DNA from: Rhodospirillales bacterium
GTDB lineage: Bacteria; Pseudomonadota; Alphaproteobacteria; Bin95
NCBI GenBank assembly: GCA_038143065.1
Contig: JAYQLI010000035.1
Coordinates: forward strand, 288,001 to 352,000
Length of the DNA: 64,000 nucleotides
Direction: 5' to 3'
Made by a program: the position numbers and the translations under genes. The notes below the pieces were generated by a model. The model searched no databases, was not told the DNA's origin, and saw only the letters and a list, made by a program, of their open reading frames with translations. Every line of letters begins with the position of its first letter. Position 1 is the first letter of the stretch. Positions 9,903 to 24,297 of the stretch are shown here, piece after piece.

Positions 9903-11534
9903 GTGACGACCAGGTTCATATTCATAACCGGCGGCGTGGCTTCGTCGCTTGGAAAAGGTGTTGCAGCAGCAGCGCTGGGCGCTCTTTTGCAGGCGCGCGG
10001 CTTTTCTGTGCGGATGCGCAAATTTGACCCGTACTTAAATATAGATCCTGGTACGATGAGTCCGTATCAGCATGGAGAGGTTTTCGTAACAGATGACGGT
10101 GCCGAAACCGATCTGGATTTGGGTCATTATGAGCGCTATACAAACAGGGCAGCCAGCAGAAGTGATAGCGTCACAACCGGTCGAATTTATGAAACCGTCT
10201 TGCAGCGTGAGAGAAAAGGGCTCTATCTCGGCGCGACTGTCCAGGTAATCCCCCATGTCACAGACATGATTAAAGAATTCATTCAATCTGACTTGAGTGA
10301 TGATGATTTTGTAATCTGTGAAATTGGAGGGACTGTTGGGGATATAGAAAGCCTTCCTTTTATCGAGGCCATTCGCCAGGTTAGGCAAGATTTAGGGGTG
10401 GAGCACACGCTATTTGTTCACCTTACCCTAGTGCCATACATTCCGTCTGCGGCAGAATTAAAAACAAAACCTACCCAGCATTCTGTTAAGGAACTTCTGG
10501 CATCTGGCATTCAGCCTGACTTGTTGCTTTGTAGATCTGATCGCGAAATTCCAAAAGATGCTCGGCGGAAAATAGGTCTCTTTTGTAACATTCGCCAAGA
10601 ACGAGTTATCCAGGCAATAGATGTTGATACAGTTTATGCGACGCCCCTGACTTACCACGATGAAGGTTTCGACGTTGAAGTCCTGAAACACTTCAATCTT
10701 CCAACTAACGAACTACCAGACCTGTCAGTCTGGGAAAAAATAGTAAGCCGGGTTAGGACTCCAGAAGGTTCAGTCCGTATAGGAATTGTTGGTAAATATA
10801 CTGAACTGAAAGATGCATATAAGTCTCTGATCGAAGCCTTACACCACGGTGGAATTGCAAATAACGTTAAGGTCGAACTTGAGTGGATAGAGGCTGAGTC
10901 CTTCGAGGAAGATGAGACAACATCAAGACTTGAGAACGTTCATGGAATTTTGGTGCCGGGTGGTTTTGGTGAGCGCGGATCTGAAGGAAAAATTCGTGCA
11001 GCTCGGTTTGCTAGAGAGCATAAGTTGCCGTATTTTGGGATCTGCTTCGGAATGCAAATGGCTGTCATTGAAGCAGCCAGGTCACTTGTAGGTTGGCATG
11101 ATGCAAGCTCTACCGAGTTTGGGCCATGCGATAGGGCTGTAGTCGGTCTTCTTACCGAATGGGATAGAGAGGGTGAGATTGAACGGCGCTCTGAGGATGG
11201 CGATCTCGGCGGCACAATGCGATTAGGGGCTTACCCTGCTTCACTAAAAACGGGTAGCAAGGTTGCAGAGATATACGGCCAAGAGGTGGTTCATGAACGC
11301 CATAGACATCGTTATGAAATTAATATCCAACTCAAAAAAGAGATTGAAGCAGCGGGGCTAATATTTTCGGGTCTTTCTCCAGATGGTGAACTGCCGGAGA
11401 TTGTCGAATTGGAGGAGCACCCTTGGTTTATTGGGGTGCAGTTTCATCCAGAACTAAAATCTAGGCCGATGGAACCTCACCCACTTTTTAGTTCATTTAT
11501 TTCCGCAGCCATAAAGTATTCGAGATTGGTCTGA
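9903..11534 (+). CDS. pyrG: CTP synthase
   Basis: [41 protein letters not shown]. Confidence 0.98.
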   Translation: MTTRFIFITGGVASSLGKGVAAAALGALLQARGFSVRMRKFDPYLNIDPGTMSPYQHGEVFVTDDGAETDLDLGHYERYTNRAASRSDSVTTGRIYETVLQRERKGLYLGATVQVIPHVTDMIKEFIQSDLSDDDFVICEIGGTVGDIESLPFIEAIRQVRQDLGVEHTLFVHLTLVPYIPSAAELKTKPTQHSVKELLASGIQPDLLLCRSDREIPKDARRKIGLFCNIRQERVIQAIDVDTVYATPLTYHDEGFDVEVLKHFNLPTNELPDLSVWEKIVSRVRTPEGSVRIGIVGKYTELKDAYKSLIEALHHGGIANNVKVELEWIEAESFEEDETTSRLENVHGILVPGGFGERGSEGKIRAARFAREHKLPYFGICFGMQMAVIEAARSLVGWHDASSTEFGPCDRAVVGLLTEWDREGEIERRSEDGDLGGTMRLGAYPASLKTGSKVAEIYGQEVVHERHRHRYEINIQLKKEIEAAGLIFSGLSPDGELPEIVELEEHPWFIGVQFHPELKSRPMEPHPLFSSFISAAIKYSRLV

Positions 11535-11537
11535 GGC

Positions 11538-13651
<2,114 letters not shown>

Positions 13652-13728
13652 GAGTGTTTGACGTTTATTATTTAAAAATTGTTAAAAAATCTGTTGACGA
13701 AGATCTTCGTGCATGATTCATCTAATGT

Positions 13729-14040
13729 ATGGAAGTCGCACAAGATTTAAAAAAGCGCTTGAAAGCGGTTGTTTGGCCGCTTTTATTTGCGTGTATCGCG
13801 ATTTATTTCGGTTTTCATCTTGTTCGTAACGACAATGGTTTACTTGCCCTGCGCGCATATGATCAGCGGCTTGATGAGGCTAAGTTGGTTTTATCGGAGC
13901 TATCTTCTGAGAGGTTAGCTCTTGAAAAAGAAACTAATGCCCTCCGCCCATCTAATATTCATCCAGATGCCTTGGCCGAACAAGCTCGACTTCGATTGAA
14001 CATGGGATGGCCGTCGGAAGTTTTAATTTTGGGACGCTGA
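13729..14040 (+). CDS. ftsB: Septum formation initiator FtsB/DivIC family
   Basis: Single TM helix plus coiled coil, EQARLRLNM; lies between eno and pdhA as in other alphaproteobacteria. Confidence 0.8.
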   Translation: MEVAQDLKKRLKAVVWPLLFACIAIYFGFHLVRNDNGLLALRAYDQRLDEAKLVLSELSSERLALEKETNALRPSNIHPDALAEQARLRLNMGWPSEVLILGR

Positions 14041-14176
14041 CCGTTTTCTTGGGCTTCACTATTTTAGCAAAGATATACAATATAATGGCAATAGTTGCCC
14101 TGCGGCTGCTAGGCATCTATGAATCATTTTATGATGGCTCCCCCCATTGGAGTGCCTTCAATCGTGGAGATATATT

Positions 14177-15227
14177 ATGTCGCGAGCAGTGTCCAAACGT
14201 GCTTCTGCAAATGCCTCGAAGGCTTCGCAGAAAAAAAGTCGTCCATCTCGTGCCAAGTCATCATCGAAGTTAGATGTTGAACAACTTCTGAATTTTTATC
14301 GTGAAATGCTGCTTATTCGACGTTTCGAAGAGCGAGCAGGACAGATGTACGGAATGGGCCTAATTGGAGCCTTTTGCCATTAGTATATTGGTCAAGAGGC
14401 AGTAGTTGTTGGTATGCAATCAGCTCTCGATGAGCGCGATAGCGTTATAACTGGGTATCGTGATCATGGTCATATGCTTGCGTGCGGAATGGAATCTCGT
14501 GGCGTAATGGCGGAGTTAACCGGTCGACGCGGGGGTATTCTCGCGGCAAGGGCGGTTCTATGCACATGTTCAGCCGAGAAAAAGATTTTTTGGTGGTCAT
14601 GGCATTGTTGGGGGACAAGTTTCATTGGGTGGGGGATTAGCTTTCGCTGCCAAATATAGAGATGATGGCGGCGTTGCCTTGGCTTACTTCGGGGATGGAG
14701 CATCTAACCAGGGCCAAGTCGCTGAAACAATGAATATGGCGGCTCTTTGGCAATTGCCCCTAATCTTTGTCATTGAGAATAACAAGTATGGCATGGGGAC
14801 TTCAGTAAACCGTTCCTCTGCAGGTGAGGGTTTATATAAACGTGGTGAAGCCTATGGAATTCCTGGCGAAAGGGTAGATGGCATGAATGTGCTCACCGTC
14901 GCTGAAAAAGCGAAGGAAGTAGTAAGCCACGTTCGTGAAAACGGCCCTTATGTATTAGAGATGGAAACATATCGATATCGTGGTCACTCGATGTCTGATC
15001 CTGCTAAATACCGCTCTCGCGATGAAGTCAGCAAGATGCGGGAAGAAAGGGATCCTATTGAAACATTGCGTGAATTAATTGTTAAGCAGAAGGCTGCATC
15101 TGCGGAAGATTTAAAAGCAATTGATGCAGATGTTCGAGCGATAGTTGCTGACGCTGCGGAATTCGCACAGGAGAGCCCTGAGCCAGACCCTTCAGAGCTC
15201 TACACTGATATTCTGATTGAAGCTTAA
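14177..15227 (+). CDS. pdhA: Pyruvate dehydrogenase E1 alpha (in-frame TAG at 14381-14383; indels near 14533 and 14590)
   Basis: MLLIRRFEE, FCH*YIGQEA, YRDHGH, GKGGSMHMF, GDGASNQG, YRYRGHSMSDP across three frames. Confidence 0.93.
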
Positions 15228-15243
15228 GAGGCGGGGAAAGAAG

Positions 15244-16615
15244 ATGCCGACCGAAATTTTGATGCCGGCCCTCTCGCCGACGATGACAGAGGGTAAATTA
15301 TCTAAGTGGCTCGTTAAAGAAGGCGATGATGTGCGCGCCGGAGACCTTATAGCGGAAATAGAGACTGATAAGGCCACTATGGAAGTGGAGGCGGTTGACG
15401 AGGGCAAGGTAGGTAAGATTGTGATTGCAGAAGGCACTGATGCTGTATCGGTTAATTCTGTTATTGCAGTGCTTGTTGGCGATGGCGAAACTGTTTCAGA
15501 GAATCTCAAGTTAGGCAGCCAGTTGAACCTGAAAAAGTTGTTCAACCGATTGCTCCACCATCCAACCCCACAGCAAGCATGTCGACGTCAACGAGCGAGC
15601 GAATGGATGCTGAGGAGGCGCAAGCTTACGTTAGTACTAACACGTTGACTGTCAGAGAAGCACTCAGAGATGCAATGGCCGAAGAAATGCGGGCTGATGG
15701 TAACGTTTTCCTGATGGGCGAAGAGGTGGCTGAGTACCAAGGTGCATATAAGGTCAGCCAGGGCCTTCTGGATGAATTTGGTGCGCGTCGGGTAATTGAT
15801 ACTCCTATTACAGAGCATGGCTTTACGGGAATTGGCGTCGGTGCGGCTATGGATGGCCTCAAGCCTATCGTTGAATTTATGACCTTTAATTTTGCAATGC
15901 AGGCAATTGATCAGATTATTAACTCAGCCGCCAAGACCCTTTACATGTCAGGCGGTCAAATGGGCTGTCCAATTGTTTTTCGTGGGCCAAATGGAGCTGC
16001 CTCTCGCGTTGCTGCGCAGCATTCTCAATGCTACGCAAGTTGGTATGCGCATTGCCCGGGCCTTATAGTTGTTGCCCCTTATTCAGCGGGTGACGCAAAA
16101 GGTCTTTTAAAGTCAGCTATCCGCAACCCAAACCCGGTGATATTCCTTGAGAATGAAATACTCTACGGTCAATCATTTGAAGTTCCTGCTTCTGAAGATT
16201 TCACCGTGCCGATCGGGCGGGCAAAAGTTCTGAGGCCTGGAAATGATGTCACAATAACAGCCTTTTCTTTGATGTGTAGAGATGCGTTAGCTGCGGCTGA
16301 TTTATTAGCTGCCGAAGGTATTGATGCGGAGGTCATAGATCTGCGCACAATTCGACCACTTGATACAGAGACAATTGTTGAATCAGTTAAGAAAACCAAT
16401 CGTCTTATTTCTGTTGAAGAGGGTGGCCTTACGCCGGTATAGGGGCCGAGATCGCGGCTACCATGATGGACAAGGCATTTGACTGGTTAGATGCGCCGGT
16501 TCAGAGGGTCTCTGGGAAAGACGTGCCTATGCCGTATGCAGCCAATCTTGAGAAATTAGCGCTTCCGCAGGTACAAGATATTGTTTCTGCAGCAAAAGCT
16601 GTCTGTTATCGTTAA
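15244..16615 (+). CDS. pdhB: Pyruvate dehydrogenase E1 beta with N-terminal lipoyl domain (two indels)
   Basis: MPALSPTM...ETDKATME lipoyl domain; [26 protein letters not shown]; tail [16 protein letters not shown] ends TAA at 16613-16615. Confidence 0.94.
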
Positions 16616-16648
16616 CTAGCCGCCTGACGCTTCGACAAGGTAAATTCT

Positions 16649-18040
16649 ATGGCAACAGAAATACTTATGCCGGCTCTTTCGCCCACGATGACTGAAGGAA
16701 AGTTGGCTAAATGGCTCATAAAAGAGGGTGATGAGGTTCGTCCTGGTGATCTAATAGCAGAAATTGAAACTGATAAGGCGACAATGGAAGTCGAATCAGT
16801 GGACGAGGGTAAGGTTGCAAAAATACTAGTTGGAGAAGGGACAGAGGGTGTTGCGGTCAACGCGGTAATTGCCGTTTTGGCTATGGACGGTGAAAACTTA
16901 GACGATGTTCCCAGTCCAAAAACGTCAACACATGAGGTTAAAGAAACAATCGTTAGTGACGTCCAGGCGAGTGCGCAAAAGGTCTCCCCTATAGACAACG
17001 GGTCTCTAAAAGCAACGCCGCTGGCCCGTCGTATCGCCGATCAGGCTGGGATTTCCCTCTCTGGAATTAACCCCACTGGTGCTGGTGGAAAGATAACAAA
17101 AGATGATGTGCTGAAGAAAGCTGAGGGAGGGAAGTCTATCGTCTTCAAGTGAAAGTGACCGCCTTTTTGCAAGCCCTCTTGCTCGAAAGTTAGCTTTCGA
17201 AGGTAAAATACCACTCGATAGAATAAAGGGCAGTGGACCTAACGGAAGGATTGTAAAAGCTGATGTGGAGAGGGCGCTTAGGGGGGATTTAATCCCTGCG
17301 TTGGATCAACCAGCAGGTTCAAAAGAACCAGCGGCTATTTCTGAAAGTGCTGGTAGTGAGTTTGATCTAATCCCGCATACCTCTATGCGTAAAACAATAG
17401 CGCGCAGATTGACTGAATCTAAACAGACGGTCCCTCATTTTTACCTCACTGTTGATTGCGAAATCGATGAGTTGCTTCGTGTCCGCAAGGAGATTAACGA
17501 CCGTGCCCCGGATGGTGTGAAGGTTTCAGTCAACGATTTTGTTATTAAATCGTTGGCAGGGGCTCTTCGTCGTGTCCCAGGGGCCAATGCAAGTTGGACA
17601 GACGAAGGGATCAGGCTTTATAAAAATGTCGATGTTTCAGTTGCTGTTGCATTAGACGGCGGCTTGATTACGCCGGTTGTTAAAAATGCTGATAGTAAAG
17701 GTCTTGGCGAAATATCAGCCAACATGGTTGACCTGGCAGGGCGAGCTCGTCAGGGAAAATTAACACCAGATGAATACCAGGGGGATCAATAAGTATCTCT
17801 AATCTTGGTATGTTTGGTATTAAACAATTTGATGCTGTTATTAATCCACCTCAGGGAGCAATTCTTGCAGTTGGGGCCGGTGAACAGCGACCAGTCGTAA
17901 AAAATGGTGAGCTCGCTATTGCTACCGTAATGACATGTACTCTTTCTTGCGACCATCGTGTGATCGATGGAGCACTAGGTGCTGGGCTCCTGCAGGCATT
18001 CAAAAACCTGATCGAATTTCCAGCAGCTATGTTGCTTTAA
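16649..18040 (+). CDS. pdhC: Dihydrolipoamide acetyltransferase E2 (indels near 17140 and 17785)
   Basis: Lipoyl domain, two subunit-binding domains, catalytic SKQTVPHFY, SNLGMFG, DHRVIDGA. Confidence 0.94.
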
Positions 18041-18074
18041 AGCTTGCACATGTTCTTTTGGGGTGAGGGGGTAG

Positions 18075-19467
<1,393 letters not shown>

Positions 19468-19471
19468 ACGT

Positions 19472-20446
19472 ATGAATAAAGAATTTTCTCCTGCTCCTCC
19501 GAAGGGGTCGCTTAGGCATCCTGAGAAGCGAAATCGACCAGAAAGCGCCCCTAAACGGAAGCCAGACTGGATCCGGGTTAAGGCTCCCGTATCAAGAGAA
19601 TATAGAGCGACACGAGATATAGTTCGGGATAATAATCTTGTAACTGTATGTGAGGAAGCTGCGTGTCCTAACATCGGGGAATGTTGGGCTCAGCGCCATG
19701 CCACGATGATGATAATGGGTGCCATCTGCACTCGCGCTTGTGCTTTTTGCAATGTAGCAACAGGTCGTCCGGGCGCCCTTGATGCAATGGAACCGATAAA
19801 TGTAGCTAACGCGGTTGCAGAATTAAGCCTTCGGCACGTGGTCATTACATCTGTCGACCGAGATGATCTTCCAGATGGTGGAGCACAACACTTCGCGCGC
19901 ACAATTAAAAATATTAGAGACCGCAGTCCAGAAACCACTATTGAGGTTTTAACTCCTGATTTCTTGAAGAAGGATGGGGCGCTTGAGGTAGTTGTTCAGG
20001 CGCGGCCTGATGTTTTTAATCACAATCTTGAGACTGTGCCCAGATTATACCCATCAGTTCGCCCAGGCGCTCGTTACTATCATAGTCTGCGACTACTTGA
20101 TGAGGTGAAACGCCAAGATCCAGGTATCTTTACGAAATCAGGTCTTATGGTGGGCCTTGGTGAGGGGCGTGATGAAGTATTGCAGGTTATGGATGACATG
20201 CGGTCTGCAGATGTTGATTTTCTCACTATTGGCCAGTACCTGCAGCCAACGCCCAAGCACCATCCGCTTGATAGATTTGTGACTCCTGATGAATTTTTAG
20301 CTTATTCAAAAAGTGCAGATGGCAAAGGGTTTCTTCTTGTTTCTTCTACGCCATTAACTCGCTCATCTTATCATGCAGACTCAGATTTTGCGCAGCTCCG
20401 CATTAACCGAGAAAAGAAATTATCCAAAGGCAGTCATTTAGTCTGA
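19472..20446 (+). CDS. lipA: Lipoyl synthase
   Basis: [21 protein letters not shown] radical-SAM motif, RSSYHA. Confidence 0.97.
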   Translation: MNKEFSPAPPKGSLRHPEKRNRPESAPKRKPDWIRVKAPVSREYRATRDIVRDNNLVTVCEEAACPNIGECWAQRHATMMIMGAICTRACAFCNVATGRPGALDAMEPINVANAVAELSLRHVVITSVDRDDLPDGGAQHFARTIKNIRDRSPETTIEVLTPDFLKKDGALEVVVQARPDVFNHNLETVPRLYPSVRPGARYYHSLRLLDEVKRQDPGIFTKSGLMVGLGEGRDEVLQVMDDMRSADVDFLTIGQYLQPTPKHHPLDRFVTPDEFLAYSKSADGKGFLLVSSTPLTRSSYHADSDFAQLRINREKKLSKGSHLV

Positions 20447-20904
20447 TGCATTCTCATGCAGAACGCCGCTTCCTCCCTTACAAGGGTGAGGATATATTTA
20501 AATTAATCGCTGATGTGGCAAGGTATCCAGAGTTCCTACCATGGTGTCTCGCAGCGCGTGTCAGAGAAAATTCAACGGAAAGTTTTGAGGCAGACCTGGT
20601 TATTGGGTTTAAAATGGTTAGGGAAACGTTCACCTCCCAAGTGGACCTTGTGCCTCACCATCGTATTGATGTTACCTATACCAAGGGACCAATGCGACAC
20701 CTTCATAATCGGTGGTTGTTTGAGGAAACTGAAGGTGGGTGCATAGTTGACTTTGATGTTTCCTTTGAGTTCAGGTCCGCCATTTTGCAAAAGCTCATTG
20801 GCGCCTTGTTTGGCGAAGCAGTCCGCCGCATGGTTGCTGCTTTTGAAGCACGTGCTGCAGTGAAATGTGAGAGGGCAAGTTCGCAGCCTGCGCGTCAGCT
20901 TTAG
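20446..20904 (+). CDS. RatA/PasT/Coq10 START-domain protein
   Basis: DVARYPEFLPWC, FTSQV, W.F, AFEARA; follows lipA as usual in alphaproteobacteria. Confidence 0.9.
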   Translation: MHSHAERRFLPYKGEDIFKLIADVARYPEFLPWCLAARVRENSTESFEADLVIGFKMVRETFTSQVDLVPHHRIDVTYTKGPMRHLHNRWLFEETEGGCIVDFDVSFEFRSAILQKLIGALFGEAVRRMVAAFEARAAVKCERASSQPARQL

Positions 20905-21407
20905 AGGGCTTTTTCTCTGACCATTTCAAAAGCCCGTTTAACAGTGGCAAGACGAATAGAACGCCGATCGCCGGGAAATATATGTTTCTCTGAAAATGCC
21001 TTTTCGCCGCGTTTTTCAACGCACAGCCAAACTGTACCCACTGGTTTGTCTGCCGATCCCCCCCCTGGTCCAGCTACACCACTAACGGCTATAGCGATAT
21101 CTGCATCCGCGCCAGCAGAAGCAAGCGCTCCTGATGTCATCTCTTGGACGGTTTCCTTACTGACGGCACCAAATTTTTCTAAAGTATCTGCAGGCACTCC
21201 AAGCATTTCTTGTTTTGCTTCATTCGAATAGGTAACAAAACTCCGGCCTACTACAGCTGATGAACCAGCAATCTCGGTGAGAAATGATACAATAAGTCCG
21301 CCTGTGCAAGACTCTGCAGTTGTAATTCGTAGGTTAGCCTTTTGGCACAGTTCAAGAATTTCTTTGGCCTCTTTTTCGAGAGAATTAAGACTCAATTGAT
21401 CATTCAT
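20901..21407 (-). CDS. pncC: CinA C-terminal domain / NMN deamidase PncC
   Basis: AESCTGG, TYSNEAK, GAVS, SGVAGPGGG, KPVGTV. Confidence 0.88.
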   Translation of the reverse strand: MNDQLSLNSLEKEAKEILELCQKANLRITTAESCTGGLIVSFLTEIAGSSAVVGRSFVTYSNEAKQEMLGVPADTLEKFGAVSKETVQEMTSGALASAGADADIAIAVSGVAGPGGGSADKPVGTVWLCVEKRGEKAFSEKHIFPGDRRSIRLATVKRAFEMVREKAL

Positions 21408-21884
21408 TTACCAAACTCCAATTTGAGTAAGGCCAGTAATCACTAGAGCTGCGTAAGCGCCAGCGGCGATGTCATCTAGCATGACCCCAATCCCACCAGA
21501 TACATTTTTATCGAGCCAGTTGCATGGCCATGGTTTCCAGATGTCAAAAAGGCGAAATAGTATGAAGGCAGTGACCCAATCATGGATGGTTAACGGGGCA
21601 ATGATAAGAGGAATAAACTGTCCTGCAACCTCATCAATGACAGCCTCGCTGGGGTCCTCTTTTCCTATATCCTGGATGTATTTTTGAACAGAATAAATGC
21701 CAAGCAAGAAAATTAGTGCTGTGGCTATACCTAAGCCTAAACGTCCAAATAATTCTAAAATTATAAATGCTATTGGCAGTGCTGCCAGGGAACCCATGGT
21801 TCCCGGTCCCCATTTTGAATAGCCTACTCCAAACCAAGTAGTGATAATTTGGTGAAGGATTTTGACGAATTTATTTATTCCCAT
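21408..21884 (-). CDS. pgpA: Phosphatidylglycerophosphatase A
   Basis: PGTMGS, DPSEAVIDEVAGQ, FRLFDIWKPWP, GVMLDD. Confidence 0.95.
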   Translation of the reverse strand: MGINKFVKILHQIITTWFGVGYSKWGPGTMGSLAALPIAFIILELFGRLGLGIATALIFLLGIYSVQKYIQDIGKEDPSEAVIDEVAGQFIPLIIAPLTIHDWVTAFILFRLFDIWKPWPCNWLDKNVSGGIGVMLDDIAAGAYAALVITGLTQIGVW

Positions 21885-23037
21885 ATTAATACTGTAGCAG
21901 ACGCCATCGCGGCGATCCCTTCGCCACGTCCAGTAAAACCAAGTCTTTCAGACGTTGTTGCCTTGATGTTAATTCGCTCTTTAGGAAGGCGGAGAAGTGG
22001 CATTAGCGACTCCTTCATTGCATTATTATGAGGCCCAATTTTTGGTTTTTCACAAATAATTGTTATATCTACATTGGTTAAACTGCCGCCTTTGTCCGCA
22101 ACCAATTTCACAGCATGCTGCAGAAATATGGACGAGGCAGCTCCTTTCCAGTTTGGGTTGGTTGGCGGAAAATGTTGGCCAATATCTCCTTCCCCAATTG
22201 CACCCAGGATTGCGTCTGTCAGAGCGTGCATTGCGACGTCTGCATCTGAGTGACCCTCTAGACCTCCATCGTGTGGAATTTTGACACCACATAGTGTTAC
22301 GGCATCGCCAGTTCCAAATCGATGGACGTCATATCCAGAGCCGCTCAGGGGCGTTGGATGCGCATTAAGGAGACGCTCAAGCAATGATTTATCATCCTCT
22401 GTTGTTAATTTGTGTAGAAGCGGTGAGCCGGTTGTAGTCGCGATATTTAGCCCTGCGGCCATTGCTATGGCGATATCGTCAGTTGTGCGTGTGCTGCTAT
22501 AATTTCGATGTGCCTCGGCAATGGCAGAAAACTTGAACGCCTGAGGAGTTTGGCGAGCAACAACCCCGTCTCGCGGAATATCCTTTGTTATTTTGCCATC
22601 ATTTACATTTGATAGAGTGTCCCAAAGGGAGATGATTGGCACGGCTGCATCATTATTTTCCAAGGCTTCTATCAGGTCATTAATTACTTTGTCAGGAATA
22701 ATTGGCCGAGCTGCATCATGAATTAAAACGTGCGTTGGGTTGGTTTGTGCTCTTTCAAGTTCTTCTAGACCATTTTGGACACTGTTTTGCCGCTCTGCCC
22801 TCCAATCGCTATAAAATCAGGTTTATCATTTCCTAAAGCCTCCTTTAGAAGGTCCTTGTCTTGTTCTGACACTACAACACAGATCGAAGAAATTTTTGGA
22901 TGACTCCGAAAGGAAATAAGGGCGCGTCGCACTGGGGCAATACCAGCTAGAGGCTGAAATTGCTTAGGGATTGAGCCGCCAAAACGCACTCCAGATCCTG
23001 CAGCCATTAATAACGCTGTTATATGTTTGGAAGACAT
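21875..23037 (-). CDS. ispDF: Bifunctional IspD/IspF (indel near 22797)
   Basis: AAGSGVRFG..PKQF, LIHDAARP, QTPQAF, TDD, then IspF GYDVH, HSDADV, GDIGQHFP, KATTSE. Confidence 0.93.
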
Positions 23038-23163
23038 TCTGATTTCCAAAGATTCAAAGACGTCAAAGTATAATCGGTTAGCATTCGGTCCACCAATAAG
23101 TCTATATTTTTAAGGTTGCCTAAAAAATAATCTCGTAATATTTATGATTAAAAGTTAATCATT

Positions 23164-24282
23164 TTGGTAAATCAACTATTGCGCATGCCTGCTAACTTCA
23201 CCGCGACAGATCAATATGCAGAATGGATCAATTCTATACCTGCTGGCGTGATAGTTTTTGATGAAGAAGACCGGATAGTCTTTGCAAATCTCGCTGCCGA
23301 AACAATTTTTTCAACCAGCGCTCAACAATTGAGACTGATGGGTATCGAGGATTTATTTGGCATCAATAGCACAGTTGGCGGCTTGTTTCAGCAAGCGCGT
23401 TCGACTTCTATGCCTATTGCTGAATTCGATGTTCAAATTACGCTCCCGCGGTCTAACACTGTGCAAGCTTCGGTTTCGGTTGTTCCGGTGCTTGAGGCAA
23501 ATGGAAATCAGCCCACTGGAGATATGATTCTTCAACTTTCGACAACTTCCATTGCTCATAGAATCGAACAGCAAATGCGGCGTCAGGGTGCGGCTAGATC
23601 TACAGCTGGAATGGTGGCAGTTCTCGCTCACGAAGTTCGAAACCCCTTGGCAGGTATCCGCGGTGCCGCTCAGATTATTGAGTCATCAGTTTCTGGTGAA
23701 GAGCGCGAGTTAACCCAATTAATTGCTGATGAAGTTGATAGAATTAGCAATTTGATTGAGAGGATTGACGTATTCGCTGAGATAGGTGCTGCACCTGAAA
23801 AGCCAGTTAACATTCACGAAGCCTTGGCTCGTGCTCGGCGCGTTTTAGAGAGTAGCGGCGCGCTTGGAGAACTTAATTTTCAAGAAGCTTTTGACCCGTC
23901 TTTGCCACAGGTGAGGGGAGATTTTGAGGGATTGGTTCAGATTTTTTTAAATCTCATAAAAAACGCTGCAGATGCGGCCCAGCTTGGCGGCAAGGAAATA
24001 ATGATAAAAACTTCTTACAGACATGGCCTTCGATTAGCTGCCGATGGGCGAAGGGAGTGGGGAGCGCTCCCAATAGAAGTTTCTGTTCAGGATAACGGAC
24101 CCGGAATTCCCCAAGAGCTTCAAGGTGATATTTTTGATCCATTTGTTACGACAAAACCTGGGGGACACGGTCTAGGACTTGCTGTAGTTGCCAAGATAGT
24201 TGGCGATCACGGTGGGGCCGTCGAGTTTGTGTCTGAACCTTTCCGGACAGTTTTTAGTGTCTACCTACCAATTTTTTTTTGA
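23164..24282 (+). CDS. ntrB: Nitrogen regulation sensor kinase NtrB
   Basis: PAS domain, LAHEVRNPL H-box, DNGPG, FDPFVTTK, GLGL; directly upstream of ntrC (alternative ATG at 23185). Confidence 0.92.
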   Translation: MVNQLLRMPANFTATDQYAEWINSIPAGVIVFDEEDRIVFANLAAETIFSTSAQQLRLMGIEDLFGINSTVGGLFQQARSTSMPIAEFDVQITLPRSNTVQASVSVVPVLEANGNQPTGDMILQLSTTSIAHRIEQQMRRQGAARSTAGMVAVLAHEVRNPLAGIRGAAQIIESSVSGEERELTQLIADEVDRISNLIERIDVFAEIGAAPEKPVNIHEALARARRVLESSGALGELNFQEAFDPSLPQVRGDFEGLVQIFLNLIKNAADAAQLGGKEIMIKTSYRHGLRLAADGRREWGALPIEVSVQDNGPGIPQELQGDIFDPFVTTKPGGHGLGLAVVAKIVGDHGGAVEFVSEPFRTVFSVYLPIFF

Positions 24283-24297
24283 GCCAGAGAACTTATC

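Noticed and set aside
15244-16890. Near-duplicate N-termini of pdhB and pdhC ([13 protein letters not shown]...)
   Set aside because: A lipoyl domain on E1-beta is standard in alphaproteobacteria, and synonymous differences rule out an assembly duplication
20446-20904. RatA as a toxin-antitoxin module
   Set aside because: No RatB/RnfH partner; the lipA-adjacent copy is the usual Coq10-like START protein
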